Source: Eledone cirrhosa (taxonomy: Eukaryota). Taken from it: 64,000 nucleotides of DNA. Numbering within the stretch: the first letter of the stretch is position 1; each line of letters opens with the position of its first letter. Both the position numbers and the translations under genes were made by a program. The stretch is taken from positions 35,340,001 through 35,404,000 of the forward strand of contig OZ024750.1 in assembly GCA_964016885.1 (NCBI GenBank). The letters are read 5' to 3'. This document shows, in pieces, positions 51,901-64,000 of this stretch. The notes beneath the pieces were generated by a model. That model ran no database searches. It was not told the DNA's origin and saw nothing but the letters and a program-made list of their open reading frames with translations.

Positions 51901-54900
51901 TGCCTGTCCCACGTGTATTACTGGTTGGCTGACAACTGATTATAGTATAGGAGCAACTGTCTTTCCCACATGTATTACTGGTTGGCTGACAACTGATTAT
52001 AGTATAGGAGCACCTGCCTGTCCCACATGTATTACTGGTTGGCTGACAACTGATATTATAGTATAGGAGCACCTGCCAGTCCCACATGTATTACTGGTTG
52101 GCTGAGAACTGATTATAGTATAGGAGCACCTGCCTGTCCCACATGTATTACTGGTTGACTGACAACTGATTATAGTATAGGAGCACCTGCCTGTCCCACA
52201 TGTATTACTGGTTGGCTGACAACTGATAATAGTATAGGAGTACCTGCCTGTCCCACATGTATTACTGGTTGGTTGACAACTGATTATAGTAAAGGATCAA
52301 CTGTCTTTCCCACATGTATTACTGGTTGGCTGACAACTAATTATAGTATAGGAGCACCTGCCTGTCCCACATGTATTACTGGGTGGCTGACAACTGATTA
52401 TAGTAAAGGAGCACCTGTCTTTCCCACATGTATTACTGGTTGGCTGACAACTGATTATAGTAAAGGAGCACCTGCCTGTCCCACATGTAGTACTGGTTGG
52501 CTGACAACTGATTATAGTAAAGGATCAACTGTCTTTCCCACATGTATTACTGGTTGGCTGACTACTGATTATAGTAAAGGATCAACTGTCTTTCCCACAT
52601 GTTTTACTGGTTGGCTGACAACTGATTATAGTATAGGAGCACTTGCCTGACCCACGTGTATTACTGGTTGGTTGACAACTGATTATAGTATAGGAGCACC
52701 TGCCTGTACCACATGTATTACTGGTTGGCTGACAACTGATTATAGTATAGGAGCACCTGCCTGACCCACGTGTATTACTGGTTGGCTGACAACTGATTAT
52801 AGTATAGGAGCACCTGTCTTTCTCACATGTATTACTGGTTGGCTGACAACTGATTATAGTATAGGAGCACCTGCCTGTCCCACATGTATTACTGGTTGGC
52901 TGACAACTGATTATAGTAAAGGATCAACTGTCTTTCCCACATGTATTACTGGTTGGCTGACAACTGATTATAGTATAGGAGCACCTGCCTGTCCCACGTG
53001 TATTACTGGTTGGTTGACAACTGATTATAGTATAGGAGCACCTGCCTGTCCCACGTGTATTACTGGTTGGCTGACAACTGATTATAGTATAGGAGCACCT
53101 GTCTTTCCCACATGTATTACTGGTTGGCTGACAACTGATTATAGTATAGGAGCACCTGCCTGTCCCACATGTATTACTGGTTGGCTGACAACTGATATTA
53201 TAGTATAGGAGCACCTGCCAGTCCCACATGTATTACTGGTTGGCTGAGAACTGATTATAGTATAGGAGCACCTGCCTGTCCCACATGTATTACTGGTTGG
53301 CTGACAACTGATTATAGTATAGGAGCACCTGCCTGTCCCACATGTATTACTGGTTGGCTGACAACTGATTATAGTATAGGAGCACCTGCCTATCCCACAT
53401 GTATTACTGGTTGGTTGACAACTGATTATAGTAAAGGATCAACTGTCTTTCCCACATGTATTACTGGTTGGCTGACAACTGATTATAGTATAGGAGCACC
53501 TGCCTATCCCACATGTATTACTGGTTGGCTGACAACTGATTATAGTATAGGAGCACCTGCCTGTCCCACATGTATTACTGGTTGGCTGACAACTGATAAT
53601 AGTATAGGAGTACCTGCCTGTCCCACATGTATTACTGGTTGGTTGACAACTGATTATAGTAAAGGATCAACTGTCTTTCCCACATGTATTACTGGTTGGC
53701 TGACAAGTGATTATAGTATAGGAGCACCTGCCTATCCCACATGTATTACTGGTTGGCTGACAACTGATTATAGTATAGGAGCACCTGCCTGTCCCACATG
53801 TATTACTGGTTGGCTGACAACTGATAATAGTATAGGAGTACCTGCCTGTCCCACATGTATTACTGGTTGGTTGACAACTGATTATAGTATAGGAGCACCT
53901 GCCTGTCCCACATGTATTACTGGTTGGCTGACAACTGATTATAGTATAGGAGCACCTGTCTTTCCCACATGTATTACTGGTTGGCTGACAACTGATTATA
54001 GTATAGGAGCACCTGCCTGTCCCACATGTATTACTGGTTGGCTGACAACTGATAATAGTATAGGAGTACCTGCCTGTCCCACATGTATTACTGGTTGGTT
54101 GACAACTGATTATAGTAAAGGATCAACTGTCTTTCCCACATGTATTACTGGTTGGCTGACGACTGATTATAGTATAGGAGCACCTGCCTATCCCACATGT
54201 ATTACTGGTTGGCTGACAACTGATTATAGTATAGGAGCACCTGCCTGTCCCACATGTATTACTGGTTGGCTGACAACTGATAATAGTATAGGAGTACCTG
54301 CCTGTCCCACATGTATTACTGGTTGGTTGACAACTGATTATAGTATAGGAGCACCTGCCTGTCCCACATGTATTACTGGTTGGCTGACAACTGATTATAG
54401 TATAGGAGCACCTGTCTTTCCCACATGTATTACTGGTTGGCTGACAACTGATTATAGTATAGGAACACCTGCCTGTCCCACATGTATTACTGGTTGGTTG
54501 ACAACTGATTATAGTATAGGAGTACCTGCCTGTCCCACATGTATTACTGGTTGGTTGACAACTGATTATAGTAAAGGATCAACTGTATTTCCCACATGTA
54601 TTACTGGGTGGCTGACAACTGATTATAGTATAGGAGCACCTGCCTGACCCACATGTATTACTGGTTGGCTGACAACTGATAATAGTATAGGAGTACCTGC
54701 CTGTCCCACATGTATTACTGGTTGGTTGACAACTGATTATAGTATAGGAGCTCCTGCCTGTCCCACATGTATTACTGGTTGGTTGACAACAGATTATAGT
54801 AAAGGATCAACTGTCTTTCCCACATGTATTACTGGTTGGCTGACAACTGATTATAGTAAAGGAGCACCTGCCTGTCCCACATGTAGTACTGGTTGGCTGA

Positions 54901-57900
54901 CAACTGATTATAGTAAAGGATCAACTGTCTTTCCCACATGTATTACTGGTTGGCTGACTACTGATTATAGTAAAGGATCAACTGTCTTTCCCACATGTTT
55001 TACTGGTTGGCTGACAACTGATTATAGTATAGGAGCACTTGCCTGACCCACGTGTATTACTGGTTGGTTGACAACTGATTATAGTATAGGAGCACCTGCC
55101 TGTACCACATGTATTACTGGTTGGCTGACAACTGATTATAGTATAGGAGCACCTGCCTGACCCACGTGTATTACTGGTTGGCTGACAACTGATTATAGTA
55201 TAGGAGCACCTGTCTTTCTCACATGTATTACTGGTTGGCTGACAACTGATTATAGTATAGGAGCACCTGCCTGTCCCACGTGTATTACTGGTTGGCTGAC
55301 AACTGATTATAGTATAGGAGCAACTGTCTTTCCCACATGTATTACTGGTTGGCTGACAACTGATTATAGTATAGGAGCACCTGCCTGTCCCACATGTATT
55401 ACTGGTTGGCTGACAACTGATATTATAGTATAGGAGCACCTGCCAGTCCCACATGTATTACTGGTTGGCTGAGAACTGATTATAGTATAGGAGCACCTGC
55501 CTGTCCCACATGTATTACTGGTTGACTGACAACTGATTATAGTATAGGAGCACCTGCCTGTCCCACATGTATTACTGGTTGGCTGACAACTGATAATAGT
55601 ATAGGAGTACCTGCCTGTCCCACATGTATTACTGGTTGGTTGACAACTGATTATAGTAAAGGATCAACTGTCTTTCCCACATGTATTACTGGTTGGCTGA
55701 CAAGTGATTATAGTATAGGAGCACCTGCCTATCCCACATGTATTACTGGTTGGCTGACAACTGATTATAGTATAGGAGCACCTGCCTGTCCCACATGTAT
55801 TACTGGTTGGCTGACAACTGATAATAGTATAGGAGTACCTGCCTGTCCCACATGTATTACTGGTTGGTTGACAACTGATTATAGTATAGGAGCACCTGCC
55901 TGTCCCACATGTATTACTGGTTGGCTGACAAATGATTATAGTATAGGAGCACCTGTCTTTCCCACATGTATTACTGGTTGGCTGACACCTGATTATAGTA
56001 TAGGAGCACCTGCCTGTCCCACATGTATTACTGGTTGGCTGACAACTGATAATAGTATAGGAGTACCTGCCTGTCCCACATGTATTACTGGTTGGTTGAC
56101 AACTGATTATAGTAAAGGATCAACTGTCTTTCCCACATGTATTACTGGTTGGCTGACAACTGATTATAGTATAGGAGCACCTGCCTATCCCACATGTATT
56201 ACTGGTTGGCTGACAACTGATTATAGTATAGGAGCACCTGCCTGTCCCACATGTATTACTGGTTGGCTGACAACTGATAATAGTATAGGAGTACCTGCCT
56301 GTCCCACATGTATTACTGGTTGGTTGACAACTGATTATAGTATAGGAGCACCTGCCTGTCCCACATGTATTACTGGTTGGCTGACAACTGATTATAGTAT
56401 AGGAGCACCTGTCTTTCCCACATGTATTACTGGTTGGCTGACAACTGATTATAGTATAGGAGCACCTGCCTGTCCCACATGTATTACTGGTTGGTTGACA
56501 ACTGATTATAGTATAGGAGTACCTGCCTGTCCCACATGTATTACTGGTTGGTTGACAACTGATTATAGTAAAGGATCAACTGTATTTCCCACATGTATTA
56601 CTGGGTGGCTGACAACTGATTATAGTATAGGAGCACCTGCCTGACCCACATGTATTACTGGTTGGCTGACAACTGATAATAGTATAGGAGTACCTGCCTG
56701 TCCCACATGTATTACTGGTTGGTTGACAACTGATTATAGTAAAGGATCAACTGTCTTTCCCACATGTATTACTGGTTGGCTGACAACTGATTATAGTATA
56801 GGAGCACCTGCCTATCCCACATGTATAACTGGTTGGCTGACAACTGATTATAGTATAGGAGCACCTGCCTGTCCCACATGTATTACTGGTTGGCTGACAA
56901 CTGATAATAGTATAGGAGTACCTGCCTGTCCCACATGTATTACTGGTTGGTTGACAACTGATTATAGTATAGGAGCACCTGCCTGTCCCACATGTATTAC
57001 TGGTTGGCTGACAACTGATTATAGTATAGGAGCACCTGTCTTTCCCACATGTATTACTGGTTGGCTGACAACTGATTATAGTATAGGAGCACCTGCCTGT
57101 CCCACATGTATTACTGGTTGGTTGACAACTGATTATAGTATAGGAGCTCCTGCCTGTCCCACATGTATTACTGGTTGGTTGACAACAGATTATAGTAAAG
57201 GATCAACTGTCTTTCCCACATGTATTACTGGGTGGCTGACAACTGATTATAGTATAGGAGCACCTGCCTGTCCCACATGTATTACTGGTTGGTTAACAAC
57301 TGATTATAGTAAAGGATCAACTGTCTTTCCCACATGTATTACTGGGTGGCTGACAACTGATTATAGTATAGGAGCACCTGCCTGTCCCACATGTATTACT
57401 GGTTGGCTGACAACTGATATTATAGTATAGGAGCACCTGCCTGTCCCACATGCATTACTGGTTGGCTGACAACTGATTATAGTATAGGAGCACCTGCCTG
57501 TCCCACATGTATTACTGGTTGGCTGACAACTGATTATAGTATAGGAGCACCTGCCTGACCCACATGTATTACTGGTTGGCTGACAACTGATAATAGTATA
57601 GGAGTACCTGCCTGTCCCACATGTATTACTGGTTGGTTGACAACTGATTATAGTATAGGAGCACCTGCCTGTCCCACATGTATTACTGGTTGGCTGAGAA
57701 CTGATTATAGTATAGGAGAACCTGTCTTTCCCACATGTATTACTGGTTGGCTGACAACTGATTATAGTATAGGAGCACCTGCCTGACCCACATGTATTAC
57801 TGGTTGGTTGACAACTGATTATAGTATAGGAGTACCTGCCTGTCCCACATGTATTACTGGTTGGTTGACAACTGATTATAGTATAGGAGCACCTGTCTTT

Positions 57901-60900
57901 CCCACATGTATTACTGGTTGGTTGACAACTGATTATAGTATAGGATCAACTGTCTTTCCCACATGTATTACTGGGTGGCTGACAATTGATTATAGTATAG
58001 GAGCTCCTGCCTGTCCCACATGTATTACTGGTTGGTTGACAACTGATTATAGTAAAGGATCAACTGTCTTTCCCACATGTATTACTGGGTGGCTGACAAC
58101 TGATTATAGTATAGGAGCACCTGCCTGTCCCACGTGTATTACTGGTTGGTTGACAACTGATTATAGTAAAGGATCAACTGTCTTTCCCACATGTATTACT
58201 GGGTGGCTGACAACTGATTATAGTATAGGAGTACCTGTCTTTCCCACATGTATTACTGGTTGGTTGACAACTGATTATATTAAAGGATCAACTGTCTTTC
58301 CCACATGTATTACTGGGTGGCTGACAACTGATTATAGTATAGGAGCACCTGCCTGTCCCACATGTATTACTGGTTGGCTGACAACTGATTATAGTATAGG
58401 AGCACCTGCCTGACCCACGTGTATTACTGGTTGGCTGACAACTGATTATAGTATAGGAGCACCTGCCTGACCCACGTGTATTACTGGTTGGCTGACAACT
58501 GATTATAGTATAGGAGCTCCTGCCTGTCCCACATGTATTACTGGTTGGCTGACAACTGATTATAGTATAGGAGCACCTGCCTGACCCACGTGTATTACTG
58601 GTTGGCTGACAACTGATTATAGTATAGGAGCACCTGCCTGTCCCACATGTATTACTGGTTGGCTGACAACTGATTATAGTAAAGGAGCACCTGCCTGTCC
58701 CACATGTATTACTGGTTGGCTGACAACTGATTATAGTAAAGGATCAACTGTCTTCCCCACATGTATTACTGGTTGGCTGACAACTGATTATAGTAAAGGA
58801 TCAACTGTCTTTCCCACATGTATTACTGGTTGGCTGACAACTGATTATAGTATAGGAGCACCTGCCTGACCCACGTGTATTACTGGTTGGCTGACAACTG
58901 ATTATAGTATAGGAGCACCTGTCTTTCTCACATGTATTACTGGTTGGCTGACAACTGATTATAGTACAGGAGCACCTGCCTGTCCCACATATATTACTGG
59001 TTGGCTGACAACTGATTATAGTAAAGGATCAACTGTCTTTCCCACATGTATTACTGGTTGGCTGACAACTGATTATAGTATAGGAGCACCTGCCTGTCCC
59101 ACGTGTATTACTGGTTGGTTGACAACTGATTATAGTATAGGAGCACCTGCTTGTCCCACGTGTATTACTGGTTGGCTGACAACTGATTATAGTATAGGAG
59201 CACCTGCCTGTCCCACATGTATTACTGGTTGGCTGACAACTGATATTATAGTATAGGAGCACCTGCCAGTCCCACATGTATTACTGGTTGGCTGAGAACT
59301 GATTATAGTATAGGAGCACCTGCCTGTCCCACATGTATTACTGGTTGGCTGACAACTGATTATACTATAGGAGCACCTGCCTGTCCCACATGTATTACTG
59401 GTTGGCTGACAACTGATAATAGTATAGGAGCACCTGCCTATCCCACATGTATTACTGGTTGGTTGACAACTGATTATAGTAAAGGATCAACTGTCTTTCC
59501 CACATGTATTACTGGTTGGCTGACAACTGATTATAGTATAGGAGCACCTGCCTATCCCACATGTATTACTGGTTGGCTGACAACTGATTATAGTATAGGA
59601 GCACCTGCCTGTTCCACATGTATTACTGGTTGGCTGACAACTGATAATAGTATAGGAGTACCTGCCTGTCCCACGTGTATTACTGGTTGGTTGACAACTG
59701 ATTATAGTAAAGGATCAACTGTCTTTCCCACATGTATTACTGGGTGGTTGACAACTGATTATAGTATAGGAGCACCTGTCTTTCCCACATGTATTACTGG
59801 TTGGTTGACAACTGATTATAGTATAGGATCAACTGTCTTTCCCACATGTATTACTGGGTGGCTGACAACTGATTATAGTATAGGAGCACCTGCCTGTCCC
59901 ACATGTATTACTGGCTGGTTGACAATTGATTATAGTAAAGGATCAACTGTATTTCCCACATGTATTACTGGGTGGCTGACAACTGATTATAGTATAGGAG
60001 CTCCTGCCTGACCCACATGTATTACTGGTTGGTTGACAACTGATTATAGTAAAGGATCAACTGTCTTTCCCACATGTATTACTGGGTGGCTGACAACTGA
60101 TTATAGTATAGGAGCACCTGCCTCTCCCACGTGTATTACTGGTTGGTTGACAACTGATTATAGTAAAGGATCAACTGTCTTTCCCACATGTATTACTGGG
60201 TGGTTGACAACTGATTATAGTATAGGAGTACCTGTCTTTCCCACATGTATTACTGGTTGGTTGACAACTGATTATATTAAAGGATCAACTGTCTTTCCCA
60301 CATGTATTACTGGGTGGCTGACAACTGATTATAGTATAGGAGCACCTGCCTGTCCCACATGTATTACTGGTTGGCTGACAACTGATTATAGTATAGGAGC
60401 ACCTGCCTGACCCACGTGTATTACTGGTTGGCTGACAACTGATTATAGTATAGGAGCACCTGCCTGACCCACGTGTATTACTGGTTGGCTGACAACTGAT
60501 TATAGTATAGGAGCACCTGCCTGTCCCACATGTATTACTGGTTGGCTGACAACTGATTATAGTATAGGAGCACCTGCCTGTCCCACATGTATTACTGGTT
60601 GGCTGACAACTGATTATAGTATAGGAGCACCTGCCTGTCCCACGTGTATTACTGGTTGGCTGACAACTGATTATAGTATAGGAGCACCTGCCTGTCCCAC
60701 ATGTGTTACTGGTTGGCTGACAACTGATTATAGTATAGGAGTACCTTCCAGTCCCACATGTATTACTTGTTGGCTGACAACTGATTATAGTATAGGAGCA
60801 CCTGCCTGTCCCACATGTATTACTGGTTGGCTGACAACTGATTATAGTATAGGAGCTCCTGCCTGCCCCACATGTATTACTGGTTGGTTGACAACTGATT

Positions 60901-60950
60901 ATAGTATAGGAGTACCTTCCAGTCCCACATGTAATACTGGTTGGCTGATT
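48917..60950. repeat. 57-bp satellite array (~210 monomers) with higher-order structure
   Basis: Monomer TATTACTGGTTGGCTGACAACTGATTATAGTATAGGAGCACCTGCCTGTCCCACATG. Occasional 59-bp units. Confidence 0.97.
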
Positions 60951-62390
60951 ATATAACTGGTATTATTATAGGATCACCTGCCTGCACCACACATATTACT
61001 GGTTAGCTGACAACTGAGTATATTATAGAAGCAACTGTCTGTCCCACATGTATTTCTGGTAGGCTGACTGTATTACTGGTTATAGTATAGGAGCACCTGC
61101 TTGCCCACATGTATTACTGGTTGGTTGACTGTATTACTGGTTATAGTATAGGCACACCTTCCCATCCCACATGTATTACTGGTTGGTTGACTGTATTACT
61201 GATTATATTATAGGAGTACCTGCTTGCCCCACATGTATTACTGGTTGGTTGACTGTATTACTGATTATATTATAGGAGTACCTGCTTGTCCCACATGTAT
61301 TACTGGTTGTTGACTGTATTACTGATTATTGTATAGGAGTACCTGCTTGCCCCACATGTATTACTGGTTGTTGACTGTATTACTGATTATAGTATAGGAG
61401 TACCTGCCTATCCCACATGTATTACTGGTTGGTTGACTGTAATACTGATTTTATTATAGGCGTACCTGCCTATCCCACATGTATTACTGGTTGGTTGACT
61501 GTATTACTGATTATAGTATAGGAGTACCTGCCTATCCCACATGTATTACTGGTTGGTTGACTGTAATACTGATTTTATTATAGGCGTACCTGCCTATCCC
61601 ACATGTATTACTGGTTGGTTGACTGTAATACTGATTTTATTATAGGCGTACCTGCCTATCCCACATGTATTACTGGTTGGTTGACTGTAATACTGATTTT
61701 ATTATAGGCGTACCTGCCTATCCCACATGTATTACTGGTTGGTTGACTGTATTACTGATTATAGTATAGGAGTACCTGCCTATCCCACATGTATTACTGG
61801 TTGGTTGACTGTAATACTGATTTTATTATAGGCGTACCTGCCTATCCCACATGTATTACTGGTTGGTTGACTGTAATACTGATTTTATTATAGGCGTACC
61901 TGCCTATCCCACATGTATTACTGGTTGGTTGACTGTAATACTGATTTTATTATAGGCGTACCTGCCTATCCCACATGTATTACTGGTTGGTTGACTGTAA
62001 TACTGATTTTATTATAGGCGTACCTGCCTATCCCACATGTATTACTGGTTGGTTGACTGTATTACTGATTATAGTATAGGAGTACCTGCCTATCCCACAT
62101 GTATTACTGGTTGGTTGACTGTAATACTGATTTTATTATAGGCGTACCTGCCTATCCCACATGTATTACTGGTTGGTTGACTGTAATACTGATTTTATTA
62201 TAGGCGTACCTGCCTATCCCACATGTATTACTGGTTGGTTGACTGTAATACTGATTTTATTATAGACGTACCTGCCTATCCCACACATATTACTTGTTAG
62301 CTGTCTGATTATTTTATAGGAACACCTACCTGCTCCAGGTAGGCTGACTGTATAACTGAGTATATTATAGGAGGACCTGTCTACCTTACA
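60951..62390. repeat. 62-bp variant sub-array and degenerate edge of the satellite
   Basis: Monomer TATTACTGGTTGGTTGACTGTAATACTGATTTTATTATAGGCGTACCTGCCTATCCCACATG. Confidence 0.93.
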
Positions 62391-63223
62391 TCTATCTTCA
62401 AGTTAGTTACTTGACTTAGACATAGGCAGTGTTTTACAACCAGATGCCGTTCTTGATACCAACCCTTTCAGTCACTTCTTACAACATGCAGGGATATTGC
62501 ATACCTTATTTCAAGCCAGATACACATATGTATAGAATAAATTGTTTTATTCTATGTGTTATAGCAACAACAAATGACTAAACGAATATTTGATTTTATG
62601 AGTTAGGTGCAGGTAGTGTATTCCTTAAGACACTCCGCAAATTTACTTTAGACACACACAAAAGAATTATAAATAAGATACAAATACAACTAAGAAATAA
62701 GTTTGGTTATTTGGAAGCCCAACAATGAGTGTTTGGTAAAAATGTCAAAGTAATAAAAATTCAAAGAATAAAAAGAACACAGTGCAGTAAAGTAAAAGAG
62801 TCATGATGATAGAAAATTACTTTTACAATTTTTTCATGATCAGAAATATTTTTGAATTTTTCATCCTTTATGAAGAGTATTCCGTAGGGGGGGGGGGGGG
62901 GGGGGGGGGGGCTCATAGACAAACTTGAGACAAATGACATGGGCGGCTGTTCGATTTAACCATTTAACATTTACATTACTCTATATTTACTATTGTATTT
63001 TCTATGGAATCTATGAGATTTTGATATTATTTATTTTTAGAACAATACATTAATACATTAGTAAAAGCAACCAGTTACAGGTATTTTGAACAGAAAGAGG
63101 TGAGAGAATTCTGGCTGGATATGGCCAGTTTAAATGCTAAAGGGTTAATAATGAATAAATAAATGGCACTTAGTATGCAATATGCCAAAAAATTTGTGGA
63201 AATATACTGACAGTTTCAAGCTA

Positions 63224-63431
63224 TTAGATCTCATCTGCCCTGTACACCCTATATATCACATTGTGATGACAAGTATTATTACTAGAGTATTTGGCTAGAA
63301 GCTTGGTTGCTAAATTACTTGTGGAAATCTGTTGTATATGGAACAAAGTTAATTTTCTTGAGGAAAATTGAGTTGCATCCAATATGGTTTCACAATAGAA
63401 ATAACATTGCATTAATCCTTCTTTCACTGGC
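63224..63431 (-). CDS. Possible terminal coding exon of an unidentified host gene
   Basis: Acceptor-like CATTTTATTTAG|G, then 68 open codons of non-repetitive sequence (PVKEGLMQCYFYCETILDATQF...VYRADEI*). No recognisable domain. Confidence 0.22.
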
Positions 63432-64000
63432 CTAAATAAAATGTGCAAGATTTTGACTTTTGTAATCCTAAATTGTGTTTGTTTGTGTGTGTGCGTGTGT
63501 GTGAGAGAGATTGTGTGTGTGTGAATGTGTGCATGTGTGAGAGAGAGTGTGTTTGTGTGTGTGTGCATGTGTCTATGTGTGAGAGAGAGAGTGTGTGTGT
63601 GAGAGAGAGAGAGTGTGTGTGTGTATGTGTGCATGTGAGAGAGAGAGAGAGTGTGTGTGTGTGTGTATGAATGTGTGCATGTGTCTATGTGTGAGAAAGA
63701 GAGAGAGTGTGTGTGTGTGTGTGTGTGTATGTGTGTGAGAGAGATTGTGTGTGTGTGTGTGTGTGCATGTGTGTGTGTGAATGTGTGCATGTGTCTATGT
63801 GTGAGAGAGAGAGAGAGTGTGTGTGTGAGAGAGAGTGAGTGTGCGTACGCGTGAATAATGACTCTGAAAGGAAATCAAAATAACCTCATTTATCATGAAG
63901 GCTTTTGAATTGCTAAGGTGAATGTATTATTAGTCTTTTATAACAGCTTCTATTTTTTCCCCCCAAAGTTAACTGAGCTAGTTGTTTTAACAACTCTGGA

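Noticed and set aside
48948-60410. Long ORFs encoding TTDYSIGAPACPTCITGWL repeats (up to 410 aa) as a Cys-rich repeat protein
   Set aside because: They follow from a 57-bp unit divisible by 3. The frame is repeatedly broken by GCC-TGA variants and +2 insertions, a minus-strand frame is also open over several monomers, and the array continues as a 62-bp unit.
62886-62911. Poly-G run as a G-quadruplex regulatory element
   Set aside because: Several poly-G/C runs occur in the window without consistent context, and homopolymer length is assembly-sensitive.

Overview
AT-rich, repeat-saturated eukaryotic DNA. The SINE/RTE repertoire and long (TA)n/(CA)n tracts suggest an octopus-like cephalopod (inference). 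No host gene is confidently identifiable, and nearly all long ORFs in the track are artefacts of microsatellites or tandem repeats. The window contains: (1) a 5'-truncated Penelope-like element (PLE; RT plus C-terminal GIY-YIG, one frameshift) bounded by inverted pseudo-LTRs (pLTRs) at 23952-26407; (2) at least 13 separate loci with type I hammerhead-ribozyme (HHR) architecture from many unrelated sequence families, most in short non-coding inserts near (TA)n tracts, several forming long palindromes or inverted pairs; (3) RTE- and CRE-clade LINE fragments, two abundant tRNA-derived SINE families, and piggyBac-like (TTAA) and hAT-like (8-bp TSD) MITEs, often nested; (4) many tandem arrays (7, 20, 21, 47, 50, 72 and 80 bp units) and a ~13.4-kb satellite of 57-bp then 62-bp monomers containing a near-identical 3367-bp (59-monomer) higher-order duplication. 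The most notable signal is the dense, diverse set of ribozyme-bearing fold-back mini-elements. All calls were made by eye, so coordinates may be off by a few bases.
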